Shown: positions 47,198-59,251, numbered from the stretch's first letter. The stretch is 64,000 nt of DNA from Eledone cirrhosa (GCA_964016885.1 OZ024748.1:47554001-47618000); one strand, 5' to 3'. Numbers and translations: made by a program. Notes: generated by a model not told the origin, from the sequence alone.

Positions 47198-47300
<103 letters not shown>

Positions 47301-47335
47301 TAGAAAGGCCAGCTATACACAGGCGTACACTTAAC

Positions 47336-47496
47336 TTGGCGGAGAATTGGCAGGGTAGTTAGAACGTTGGATAGAATGCTTTATGGTATTCGTTCTGACT
47401 CTTTCGTCTCTGAGTTCAAATCCCACCGAGGTCAACTTTACCTTTCATCCTTTCGAGGTCGATAACAAAATGTACCAGTCTAGTACTGGGGGTCGA
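47336..47496 (+). mobile_element. tRNA-derived SINE (diverged subfamily)
   Basis: GAGTTCAAATCC B-box and CCTTTCATCCTTTCGAGGTCGATAA body. Confidence 0.8.
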
Positions 47497-47968
47497 TTCT
47501 TCCTCTATATCTCTTTCTCATTTCCTCTCTCTCGATTTCTATCTTCCCCTGGAAGAAATCTGCTGTATTCAGGCCTGGGGAGGGGGAGGGAAGGGCTCCG
47601 CCAGGCTTAAAAATGCTCCAGCAACGCCGTATGTCAATCCGACGTCCCTACGCTTCTACGAAGGAGTTACGGGACCATACATACATAAATGCATAACTTA
47701 CTTATGTATGCATGTATTAATATGAAGTGTCACACTAGTCATTGTATTGTTGTAGTTGCTGAAGGTTATCATTGTAGCATAACGTTATGGCCCTTTACTG
47801 ACGAGGCTAACTTTGCCTTTCATCCTTATGAGGACACCACGTTCTGTTCTATACAGCCAATCCTATGTTATTACATATTTCACACTTTCGAATTGACTCT
47901 CAATGTTATGGGCAAAAACAAAATGGGGCACACATACATATACGTATATATATATATATATATATATA

Positions 47969-50900
47969 CTAGCAGTTTATCCCGGCGTTGCTCGGGTTTG
48001 TTCATTTGCTATGAAAAGTTACATACAGGTAAACGTGGCTTGAAAGCGAATAAGCTTATCAATTAAGTGCATAAAGCAGTTGAACCGGTTATTGAAAGTT
48101 ATGAACCAATTAGCATTTTAGAAAATCAATGATATCTTCCAATAGCGAATTTAGTGGACCAAAGTTGCAAGATGGTGGCCCTGATGATCTGGGTGTCAGA
48201 TCTGTCTGCCATGGGTGTCCCTACCAGTTTTCCAGATGGCATAGCTCCAACATCTCCAACACCTGCACCAACATCTATAGCACCTCTTTGTAGACGATAT
48301 TGCGTGTCATCCCTTGAGGAGTGTAAGCAAAAAGTCCATTCCTGCTCCCTACGCGGGAACAGGCAACATAAAGTTGGCCATGGGAGAAGCATGGCTCCCC
48401 CAAATGAATGCCCACCACCGACAATGTTTGCCCTTGTGACTTGTTAATGGACATGGCAACACATGGTCTCACCCGGAATTGGCATCGCTGGAAATCGAAC
48501 GGGATATCTGACGCCGAGGTGAAAAGGTTCATCCTTGGAATGAAAACATTCTCTCCTCTCCCGCACCCCGTTACAATGGTGGTCTCAATCAAGTGGGGCG
48601 TCAGTGACTTGACGACCATGCGAGTACCGTTACACTGCTTTGGTGGACGCAAGTTCCTTATTAGCATAATGGGACAGCCAACCCTAAGTTTAAGAATGTG
48701 AGGTGGGAGCCCTGGGGGCTCAAGGGAATTTAATAATTCAACCGGATAATTAACGATATCGTCGGGGTCGATAGATTTGAAGATGTGCTCTTTACCGGGA
48801 ATCTTCTCAATCAGCTGCTCGTTAATAAAATTAACCATGGTATTTTTCGGAGCAAGGATGGCTCTTTCGCTGAGCCAATCGAGGTTTTTAAAGTTAGATG
48901 AGACATTAGGAAAAACTGCTTCCCAAAGGTCAGAAGGGCTGCTCACAATGTTGCACAGGGAGTCGATTGCTATGCTGCCCTTGTAATCCGCAGGGACCTT
49001 TCCCTCACCAAGTGCTAAAATGTTCTGAGCAAATGCTGCAGACATGTTGTCACCATGCAAATGAGCACGCATTTTTGTGCTCAGGTACAAACTCTTCACC
49101 TGGATCCACAACATGGACGCTTAAGGAAGGCACGCACTTCATCAGCTCTTGTCCCTTTGGGGATGACGGGCAGTGTTTGCCGAAAATCCCCTGATAGCAG
49201 AAGGGTTACGCCACCCATAGGAGCCGTAGAATGCCTAATGTCTTTCAGGGACCTGTCCAATGCCTCAAGGGCACACTTGTGTGCCATTGTGCACTCATCC
49301 CAAACAATGAGGCAACAATTTTTTGAGAACCAGAGCTTCGTGTGAACTCTTGCTGATATTGCATGTTGGTGTCTCAGTTTTTACTAAATCCAAGGGGAGT
49401 TTAAAGGTTGAATGTGCTGTCCTGCCTCCCAGCAGCAAAGTAGCAGCGATCCCGGACGGTGCAACGGCCAACGCAATTTTTTTCTCCGGACGAATCTTAG
49501 CGAGAATCAATTTCGTTACAAAAGTTTTTCCGGTACCCCCAGGAGACCGAGAAAGTAAATACCCTCAGTCTGATTTTGAACCGCGTCAATGATAGTTAAA
49601 TAGGTCAACCTTTGGTCCGACAGAAGTTTGGGCTCATTTTCCTCTAATTATTGGGAAAGAGATTCGATGTCAAATCCGGGCCAACGTGTTAGCTTCCTCT
49701 CTGACGGTTGACGGCAAGCCATACGTCGCCAACTCACTCCCACCCATGTCGAGGAGGGCGTCCTCGGTATCAATGAGTTCCCTGTTGTAGATAATGTCGC
49801 TGTAACCAACTTCCACTGAAGGATACTGCAGATGAGCCAGGCGCAGGAAGTCCTCAGACATGAAGTCTCTGTACTTGACCCATAAAGATTTGGGATCACC
49901 CAATTCACACTTTTGAAGCAAAATGGCAAAGAGTTCCCGTAGACCTTTAGGTGATTTCAACAACGCACCCTCTGCTAAAGTGGAATCCCATTGCGAATCA
50001 TCTTCCAAAAGACCACGCTTAAAACAGCTTCCTGGTACGTATCACATATTTCTCCATCAACAGTTTTGAGGTCCTGAAAACTTTGTGGGCCTACAACTTC
50101 ATGCAGAAGAAGGCGGCGATGAAAGCACTGATGCTAACTTGGAGGCACAGTGTAAACCCTTCCAAGACAGCTGTCAAATTTTACACCAGGATGTCTTTCA
50201 ACAGCCTGACCTGACTTTCTTCGCAGCCAAGTGTTCGACCATATAAAGTAGGATGGAACCTGGGGGGCACACAATTGTTTGCGCAAATGTATCAAACTGG
50301 CAAAGTTTGAAGAAACCCGTCAGAGTGGTCTCTTTCGGATCGGCGGCCAACTTGGCGGTGGTTTGGTCCGTAAAGTAAACCCTTTGCCCATTTTCCAAAT
50401 GTACCGCAAGCTGTACGATGGAGGGGTGACGTTGGTGTAGGTGTAAACCAAATAGGTGCCAAAAAGCTTCATTGCTACTGATGTGCCCCGCCAGGTATTC
50501 TGTGACCTCGTCCCTGCTATTTTCAGCTTGTAATGCGAACATTGCGGCATCGGAGCCCTTATTTACATATTTGCATATATATTTTATCGACTTGACGGAG
50601 TTGCAAAACTCAACGTTGATGTGGGCGTTGAACATCTTCAAGAGAAGCGGGCAGTAAGGGACCACCCATCTATTGTCGACTTGACCTCCTCTTACTGTTG
50701 TGGTGAAGCCACCATTCTCGGGCCGTCTCCGCCTGCACAGGGGGTACCCGTCGCAACCAGTCTGAGTCTGGTCAACAAATTTTTGGGGGTATCCCTTACT
50801 GCACGACGCCCTTTTCAGACACGTGTGATGCTCATTAGGACCCGACGCACACGGACCATGTTAGCTCTGACGATGTCATGTAATTCCTGGTCAGTTGCTG

Positions 50901-51614
50901 GGTTAGGGATTTCCGCCGAAATGAAGCTGTCTATGGCATTTGAATTGATTTTATCAGCTAACCAAATCAAAATGTGAGCATGTGGCAGCCCTCGATTTTG
51001 CCATTCGACGGTGAATATGTCACATTTTACAGCCCCAAATACCTGACCCTTTTTGATTAAAGCCATGAGTTTAGCCAGTTTAGGTCTGAACACTCTGGCA
51101 ATGAGGTCATGTCTGTCCGAATAATTTTGCCCAGGAAAACGTTCACGGGTTACATTCCGATTCATATGTCTATAGCATTAATCTGTTATATAAAGTGTTA
51201 TTTTACGGGTTGTAATTTGCAATAAGCCGATTGTATGTCAATACGGAACGCTCCACTGCAGTGTGGTCATATAGGGAGTGAAGAGCGACAGAGAGAGTAA
51301 AGCAGTTAAGTTATAGAGAGAGGGAATATACGGAACGCTCCATTTGATCATAAACATTGTTTCTCTCTCTGTACTGTTGTCATATAGGGAGTGAAGAGCG
51401 ACAGAGAGAGTAAAGCAGTTAAATTATAGAGAAGGGGAATGATCTGATCGATTTTTGCCCTTATTGTTGATGGATTTGACATTTTTTTTTGCTTCATGAC
51501 CTTTTCCTGACCAAAAGCAATAATTGTCCCGACTTTGAATAGAATCCGTTGGGAATTGTGGACGTGCATACGTTACAAATCTTAACACACACATCCTCAG
51601 CTTTATATATATAG

Positions 51615-51615
<1 letters not shown>
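47969..51615 (-). mobile_element. Helitron, internally deleted, with both termini
   Basis: 5' TC at 51615. 3' hairpin CCCGAGCAACGCCGGG and CTAG at 47969-47972. Inserted in (TA)n. Confidence 0.9.
48275..51165 (-). pseudogene. Helitron Rep-PIF1 helicase, multiply frameshifted
   Basis: Rep motifs VEWQNRGLPHAHIL (HUH) and KYICKYVNKG. PIF1 motifs GTGKT, GRTAHSTFK, GDFRQTLPV, SINKSQGQT and HGQLYVACSRV, spread over at least 7 ORF pieces. Confidence 0.95.
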
Positions 51616-51659
<44 letters not shown>

Positions 51660-51689
51660 TATACATATATATATATACATATATATACA

Positions 51690-51727
<38 letters not shown>

Positions 51728-51768
51728 CATATATATACATATATATACATATATATATATACATACAC

Positions 51769-51804
<36 letters not shown>

Positions 51805-51805
<1 letters not shown>

Positions 51806-52622
51806 CATTTATTTTGTTTAACCTGTTTAGCTTGATTTGTTTGTTTTTTTGGCTTAGGTGGTTAATGCCTTCTTAACCACCTTTTCAGTTTGTATGGCGT
51901 TTTAACATATTGTTTAACTCTAGTTTTCTTAACTATTGAGCGCTTGCCAGCATTTCTACGATTTTGTGTTTCGTTTCGCTTTTTCTAACAGCGGAAATAC
52001 GATTCTCGCTGAATTTATATTTGTATTAATCTCTCGAGTCTTACAATTAACCTGTTAATAATTCTATTCACAGATTAATTGCATAAGTTTATTTTAAAAA
52101 CTACCTGGTTAAGTGCTTATTCGATTTGTGCTCTCTGTGCAACTTTTTGTGTGATATACACATACTGATTTCATTTGCCAAAATATGGGGAATTTCCCCT
52201 TGTGACTTACGCATGTGCGTTTACTATGTTCGGCGTCACTCGCAAAGTTGGTTACAGAGCAAAATTACCTGTTGATAACGTGATATTCCTTGTTCGATCT
52301 TTATGCTGAAAGCTTATAGTTTTAAGCAGACAGTATTATTGATTTAGGTGTCATAGAAACCCTGCATTTGGATTTTACCATCAATTCCTTTCGGTCCAGG
52401 TCTGTTTTTATCATTTATTTTGTTTGACATGTTTAGCTTGATTTGTTTTTTGGCTTAGGTGGTTAATGCCTTCTTAACCACTTTTTCAGTTTGTATGGCG
52501 TTTTAACATATTGTTTAACTCTAGTTTTCTTAACTATTGAGCGCTTGCCAGCATTTCTACGATTTTGCGTTTCGTTTCGCTTTTTCTACCAGCCGAAATA
52601 CGATTCTCGCTGAATTATATTT
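51805..52622. mobile_element. (TA)n-flanked element with about 215-bp direct terminal repeats
   Basis: 51805-52020 is repeated at 52410-52622 around about 390 bp of unique sequence. Confidence 0.6.
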
Positions 52623-52988
52623 ATATATATATGCTTTCTCTCCTTATAACCTCTTTGATTGTGTTTACCCTTATTCCTGTATTATATAACTATTTTGCAA
52701 TAAACACCTGATGATGTCACCAGGATCTTACGTAAAAAATCTTTAAAGGAATTTCACCAGTCTAGCCTCCTCTCATTTTACTCAATAATATGTATATTGA
52801 ATGATAGATAGATAAATACATTTTTAATACTTCTAATCTCAGCTTATTCCAAAATACATATAATATATATATTGTATTATATATTATTTATACTTCTATC
52901 TTTCAGCAACTTTCTTTTACCCTAAGGATAATATATTTTCCATATATAATTGACCTTATACATATTGGTGTATGTATGTATACATGTG

Positions 52989-53039
<51 letters not shown>

Positions 53040-53043
<4 letters not shown>

Positions 53044-53232
53044 AAGGAAATGTGGTAAGGAACCAGGTGGACCATAACGCACCAAAGTACTCAATATTTA
53101 GGGTAGTAGAGTGGGTATTAGGAACGAGTAGGACCCCGACGGTTGAGCTCAAGCCGTTTCGACGGCTAATTCTGGAGTCCAGAATTAGCCGTCGAAACGG
53201 CTTGACCTTAGCCGTCGGGATCCTACTCGTTC

Positions 53233-53236
<4 letters not shown>
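53040..53236 (-). mobile_element. Fold-back family B copy
   Basis: Same structure as the 25482 copy. Confidence 0.9.
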
Positions 53237-53275
<39 letters not shown>

Positions 53276-53277
<2 letters not shown>

Positions 53278-53410
53278 AAAAAGTATGACCCCGACGGCAG
53301 AGCTCAAGCCGTTTCGAAAAATACTTTTTCCTATTTCCCACTCTACTACCTTAAGTATTGAGTACTCTGGTGCGTTATGGTCCATCTGGTTCCTTACCAC
53401 AATTCCTTTG

Positions 53411-53413
<3 letters not shown>
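53276..53413 (+). mobile_element. Fold-back family B copy with deleted apex
   Basis: Arms AGGAAAAAGTAT / ATACTTTTTCCT plus family B tail. Confidence 0.85.
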
Positions 53414-53472
<59 letters not shown>

Positions 53473-53504
53473 AGATCAAAAGATGGTTAAAGGAGTTCCA
53501 TGTA

Positions 53505-53571
53505 TTTTATTATGCGCATTTCAAAAACAAACATCATCATGCAATAATATTTGTGTTTTCATCAGATAAAA
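53505..53571 (-). ncRNA. Minimal type-I hammerhead ribozyme (family D, short arm)
   Basis: Reverse complement of 53699-53765. Confidence 0.8.
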
Positions 53572-53698
53572 CAGGAGAACATGATATGAAGGCTAAAAAA
53601 CACTTGTGGATAGTGCAGTTTTAAATCAACAATTTATATGTTGATTTAAAACTGCACTATCCACAAGTGTTTTTTAGCCTTCATATCATGTTCTCCTG

Positions 53699-53765
53699 TT
53701 TTATCTGATGAAAACACAAATATTATTGCATGATGATGTTTGTTTTTGAAATGCGCATAATAAAA
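53699..53765 (+). ncRNA. Minimal type-I hammerhead ribozyme (family D, long arm)
   Basis: TTTTAT-CTGATGA-[AAACACAAATATTAT..ATGATGTTTGTTTTT]-GAAA-TGCGCA-TA-ATAAAA. Canonical core, stem I TTTTAT/ATAAAA, palindromic stem III ATGCGCAT. Confidence 0.8.
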
Positions 53766-53888
53766 TACATGGAACTCCTTTAACCATCTTTTGATCTTAT
53801 ATTATGCATACTCCAGTCCTACAAACTGTAGAGTGCTTCTTATCCGATATCTGCATTGCTTTATTGTACTACAATAAAACTAACCTCC

Positions 53889-53935
<47 letters not shown>

Positions 53936-54226
53936 ATTGTTATACTTGGGGAGGGTCATATTTGTGTAATAATATTGCCAGAATTAATAACAGTTTGGTT
54001 GGTTTTCGCTTCTGTGTCTTTTATATCGGTTAATTTAATTTATTCGGTCCTCAATGTTACCATTGACTGACTGACGGTCAAAAATACAGATACAGTATAG
54101 ACACAAACACATATATATAGTCTAACAAAGTTCTTTCGATGCGCATCTGCAACATCGTCAGTGGTGCTATTATGTTTCCTCCCGTTGTATTGTATGCCTA
54201 CGCCATCTTTACTTTAATTCATCGCC

Positions 54227-54228
<2 letters not shown>
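53936..54228 (-). mobile_element. Family C single arm (no tail), diverged
   Basis: Colinear with 26725-27010. CTGACGA-T-GTTGCA-GATG-CGCATC-GAAA on -. Confidence 0.85.
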
Positions 54229-54290
<62 letters not shown>

Positions 54291-54401
54291 GAAATATTGA
54301 ACAGGGGCAGAACAGAGAGGCAGTACAATAAATGTTTATTAAATTCACGCTCGGGAGAGTGGGGGGGGGGGGCTAGGTGGGGGGGGGGGGGGTAGGTGGG
54401 G

Positions 54402-54437
54402 GACGACGTTTCGGGCATAAGCCCTTCTTCAGGTGAG
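54402..54437 (-). ncRNA. Hammerhead motif at PLE 3' end
   Basis: CTGAAGA-A-GGGC-TTAT-GCCC-GAAA-CGTCG-TC. Stem I does not pair in this copy. Confidence 0.65.
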
Positions 54438-55786
54438 AAGTGTGTGGGAACAGAGTTCAAAAGGTGTGTAGGGGAGTGGTAGAGAGACATATAGCGAAAG
54501 GAAACGGTGCGAATGAAAAATTAACAAATAAAGATAAAAAATATAATAAATAAAAATAAAGCATGATCAAAATACAAGGAATGAGAAAATTTAAAAATAA
54601 AGGTATGATCAAAATAAACTGAAATTAAAAGGGGGGTAAACAGGTGGTGGAAGGGTGTGGGGTGAGTAGGGGTGGTGGCGGGTGGAGTGGGGAGAGGGAG
54701 ACGGGGTGTCCGAGCGGGGAGGGCTGAAGGTGGTGTGTGTGGTTAGATGTGCGTGTGTGTGTGTATGTGTGTATGTGAAAGTGAGGGTTGGGGGAAGAAC
54801 GGGGTTGCATGTTCAGGAAGGTGTGTGTGGGGGGTGTTTTTGTGGGTCGGAGTGTCTGTGCGTGTGTGGATAGGGGGGTGGGGGGAGAGGAATCAGGAGG
54901 CTGAGGGTGTAAATATGTGGTGGGAAGCACGTGTGTGTGTGGTTTAAGCGTGTTGTGGGTGTGGGTGGCTGTGGATAAAAAAAATTTTGGGGGCTGTGTG
55001 TGTGGGTGAGTTATATAGGTGATGGTGTAAGAGGATGGTTGAAAAGTTGGTAAGTTCCACGGATGTTTGGAGATTTGGTTAGAAGTCAATTCGCGTGTGG
55101 GTAATCCAAGAAGCGGTGGTCGGAACAGGAGAGATGTGGGGTGCGCGCGCAACAGGAAGTGGTCAGCAGTGGGAGTGCTGTGGTCAGTTGGTGCTGAGAG
55201 GTGGTTGGGAGGGCATAGCAGCAGTCGGCGGAATGGTAGGGAGGCGAGGATGGGTAGGTGTGAGAGTTGGAGTGAGGAGGGTGTGTGTGTGTGTGTGTGT
55301 ATTAGTAGGGGTGTTAGTGGGATGAGTGAGTGTGGAGCGGGGAGAGAAGGGTGTGTGTGGTTCTATGGAGGGAGTGTGGTGTACTGGTGTGTGTGTAGTT
55401 TGGTGAAGAGGTGTTAGTGGGTGTTAGTATACGGGAGGTGGGGAGGGGTGGAATGCAGGTGTGAGTGGGGGTTAGTGGTGGTAGGGTGTGTAGAGTTGGT
55501 GGTGTACGAGGGTGTGTGGGTACGTGTGCGTGGGGTGGGGGGTGTTAGTGATGTTAGTTGCGTGTGGCGTGGGTGGTGTAAGTGGGTGCGTGTGTGCGTG
55601 TGATAAGGAGGGGGAGGAGGAGAAGAGGGGAGGGAAGGGATGTTAGTATGTTAGTTGGGGAAGGGTGGTCAGATGAAGGGTGGAGTGGAGGTGTTAGTAT
55701 TGTTAGTGTGAGGTGGGCGGTGAAAAGGAGGGGTGTGTTAGTGGTGTTAGTGGGGGATAAGTGTGGGGGGAGGGGGCGGTCGAACG

Positions 55787-56775
55787 CTAAAGGAATAAGG
55801 GTGGGGAGTTCAGGCCGGGGGGAGTGTGGGTCTGTAAGATGAAGATAGTGCGTTGTTCGACCGTAAGGCGATGGGCGGGTGTTCCGTGGCACTGGAGTAG
55901 GCCACAGACTGTGAGATGGCGTGCGGAGTGTCCAGGGCCACCAAAGTGGCGGGCGATGGGGGAACTGCCCCCGAGACGAATATCCCGGAGGTGCTCCGTG
56001 ACTCGGTCCGCCAGGCGACGTCCCGTCTGTCCGACATAAGTCGCGCTACACTCCGTGCAACGAAGTCCGTAGACTAGGTTGGAGGAGGTGCAGCGGAAGG
56101 CATGCCGGACCGAGAGAGAGTGGCCGTTGGGACCCTGGAAGGTGGTGGTGTTGGTGATGTGGGGACAGGTGTTGCAGCGGGGCCTAGAACAGGGGAAGGA
56201 ACCGGGGGGGGACCGGAGCGTGGGTTAGGGGTAGGGAGCTGTGGACGAGGAGGGTGCGGAGATTGCGTGCGCGTTTGAAGGAGGGGGGAGATGTGGGAGG
56301 TGGAGGGATCGGACTGGAGGCGTCGGAAGAGGCGGCGGATGGTGCGGTGGAGGGGTAAGGTGGGGGGTGGTAGGTGATGGGGAAGGGGAGACGGTGGGTG
56401 GGTGTGCGGTGGCGTGGGGTGAGGGTGGTGGAGCGGGGGATAGCACGGGCGCGGGTGAGAGCGGTGTAGACGAGAGAGGGGGGGTAACCTCTGCGGATGA
56501 AATGGCTGACTAGGGAAAGGGCCTGGGACTCGAAGTCAGCATCACGGCTACAGAGGCGGCGGATCCTGAGAAGTTGGGAGTAGGGAATGGAAAGTTTAGT
56601 GTGGGTGGGGTGGGAAGAGGTGAAGTCGAGGTAAGAGTGGGAGTCGGTGGGTTTGAAGAAGGCGGAGGTGACGAGGGAGTGGTGGGAGGGGTCGAAGGCG
56701 ACGGAGATGTCTAAGAAGTGGACGTGGGTGGTGGAGATAGAGGTGGTGAAGTGGAGGGAGGGGTGGAAGGAGCAG

Positions 56776-56778
<3 letters not shown>
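55787..56778 (-). pseudogene. PLE reverse transcriptase C-terminus/thumb plus GIY-YIG endonuclease (missed by the ORF track)
   Basis: Manual translation: FHPSLHFT..FLDISV..FKPTDSHSYLDFTSSHP..IPYSQLLRIRRLCS..RGYP..ITYHP..FKRARNLRTLLV..PCSRPRCNTCPHI..CTSSNLVYGLRCTECSATYVGQTGRRLADRVTEHLRDI..ARHF..PPGLN, TAG at 55787. About 3 frameshifts, in or near C-runs. Confidence 0.93.
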
Positions 56779-56813
<35 letters not shown>

Positions 56814-58006
56814 GCATTCGTACCTTTGTGTCTGTATATGTGTTTATGCGTATACTTTTGTGTCTGTGTGAGTGTTATGTATCTGACTATATTTGCGGAG
56901 AAATATGTATACGTATTTGTACCTCTGTGTCTGTATGTTTATGTTTGTGCGTATGTTCTTATGTCCGTATGAGTGTGTATGTTTTCTGTGTGTAACTAAA
57001 GACATGTATGTGGATAACTGTTCCATTATAGTAAGGCCTTCGCGTGAGTGAGCCACTAAAATGTCGTCGTGGAGACATGATCGAAGTGTTAAAACTTTAT
57101 TCGCTCTTTTATCGCCAAAATGCAGGTCAGTTTCACTTGTCCACTATCTTGGACGACGTCATACAAATAAAAACCAGGATGCGATAGCTTTCCCTCATGA
57201 AGACTGAGCCTGCCAAACTCAGCCTTTATGATGGCAAGCACCCAAATTGGACATCTCTTTACGCGTTTGAGGTTGGGAATGGCTGTGTAAATCTCGAAAC
57301 TGAGACGACACGTTTTCTGCATTCAACCTTGTCGCTTCGACCATAAACCCAAACAGTAGCACCTGTAACAGAGAGGAGGGGGAAATATCCAGATATCAAG
57401 ATTTGACTGAGCCCTTCGGGAATTCCTGTGTCCTCGGCCTCTGAACTGCCATTTTCCTCCTCAATATTCAGAGAAATACATCCCGTCTGAGAAAGTTGAG
57501 AGATATGCTTCCTATGAACGCATTTCAATTCAAAATATTAAGTGAGTTGTTACTGTCTTACGTACGAGTTACACACTCTGGGCATCTAATAGATAACGAG
57601 AATAAGCAGATTGCCGTTCATAGTCTGACCAAGGGAAATAAATAATTTTCTATATAGATAATAAAAAAAACCATCCGAACGTGGAATAGCGGAACTCTCA
57701 TCGCATCCATCTCTCTCGCCCTCCCCATCTTGTGTTGGGATGGCTGATAGAGCTACTGTCAGAAGCAGTGCTCCATGATGGCAATGTTTGCGCCATCTTT
57801 ACTGAAGGACATAGTTGAGATATACCACCGGGACAGGGGTATAGAATTTGAAACTGATGCTCCCTTCTCTTTATTTTCATAATTTCTCCTATTCTAATTA
57901 TTCCAGAATTGGTGTTTGTCTATTTCTTACTTAAAGTCAATCGAATTTCATATTTCACTTTATAACGATTTCAATATAATAATTGTATTTATTTGCTTAT
58001 GTACTG

Positions 58007-58019
58007 GAGTAGTAGTAGC

Positions 58020-58053
<34 letters not shown>

Positions 58054-58483
58054 ATAGTAGTAGTAGTAGTAGTAGTAGTAGCAGAAGTAGTAGTAGTAGT
58101 AGCAGCAGCAGTAGTAGTAGCAGCAGCAGTGGCAGCATTAAAGGCAGCAGCAGTAGTAGTAGAAGCAGCAGTAGTAGCAGCAGAAGTAGTAGTAGAAGCA
58201 GCAGCAGTGGCAGCATTAAAGGCAGCAGCAGTAGTAGTAGAAGCAGCAGTAGTAGCAGCAGAAGTAGTAATAGTAGTAGTAGCAACAGTTGTGGCAGTAA
58301 CAGTAGTAGTAGTAGTAGCACCAGCAGCAGTGGCAGTAGCAACAGCAGCAGTAGTAGTAGTAGTAGTGGTAGTAGTAGCAGCAACAGTTGTGGCAGTAGC
58401 ACCAGTAGTAGTAATAGTAGTAGTAGCAGCAGCAGCAGCAGATGCAGTAGCAGCAGCAATAGCAGCAGCAGTAGTAGTAATAG
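58007..58483. repeat. (AGT/AGC)n array contiguous with SINE 3' tail
   Basis: Seen directly in the sequence. Confidence 0.9.
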
Positions 58484-58668
58484 TTGTTTCTACTTTTGGC
58501 CCAAGGCCAGCAATTACGCAGTGTATTACTGGTACTTGATTCTATCGACCCCGTAAGGATGAAAGGCAAAGGTAACCTCGGCGGGATTTGAACTCAGACA
58601 GTAAAGGGACGTAACTATGCTGGAAAGCATGGCGTCCGACTCTCTACAGATACTGCCAATCCACCGCC
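58484..58668 (-). mobile_element. tRNA-derived SINE, full length
   Basis: Reverse complement of the 20524 SINE. Confidence 0.85.
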
Positions 58669-59218
58669 CTGCCAGCAGTAGTAGTAATAGTATCAGCAGT
58701 AGTAGCAGTAGTAGTAGTAGCATTAGTAGCATTAGTAGCAATATTAGTAGCTGCAGTATTAGTAGTTAGTAAGTTAACTATAATGTTGATGTGTTATTTC
58801 TTAAATATATTCAAGTGTTTGTTGAAGACAGCCGAAGCCATAACAGAAGAAATTCTTTCTCAAATGAAGGATTTCTCACGCAATATAAAACATTTTTGTT
58901 AAAAAAAAAAACACTACCCCCTCCAGAAAAAATATATCTATAAAACAACGAAAAAGTAATGCAGACATAGAAATGTCTAACTGATAAGATTATACGTATT
59001 GAAAATAAAACTGTAGAGGTTTGGTGTGAGCGGTTCGTTGTATAACATCTACCTTTTGTAGACAAATTTGCTGGCAATATACATACATTGTATTATTTGT
59101 GTCATTGTATATATGTGTGTATGTAAAGTTACATATGTGGTTACATATATGATTACATAAGCACATACGTTTATATGGTGTGTATATATATATATATATT
59201 TGAATGTGTGTGTGTATG

Positions 59219-59251
<33 letters not shown>

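Larger units (their letters stand above)
53465..53892 (+). mobile_element. Fold-back family D (about 167-bp arms, apex near 53635, tail 53806-53892)
   Basis: Essentially perfect palindrome 53465-53805 in (TA)n. Confidence 0.92.
54288..56778 (-). mobile_element. 5'-truncated Penelope-like element (Neptune-type) in (TA)n
   Basis: RT C-terminus plus GIY-YIG ORF, long C/A-rich 3' region, hammerhead motif and AATAAA. (TA)n at both ends. Confidence 0.9.

Noticed and set aside
54625-55780. Pro/His/Thr-rich ORFs on - and Gly/Val-rich ORFs on +
   Set aside because: This is the low-complexity 3' region of the PLE, downstream of the GIY-YIG stop.
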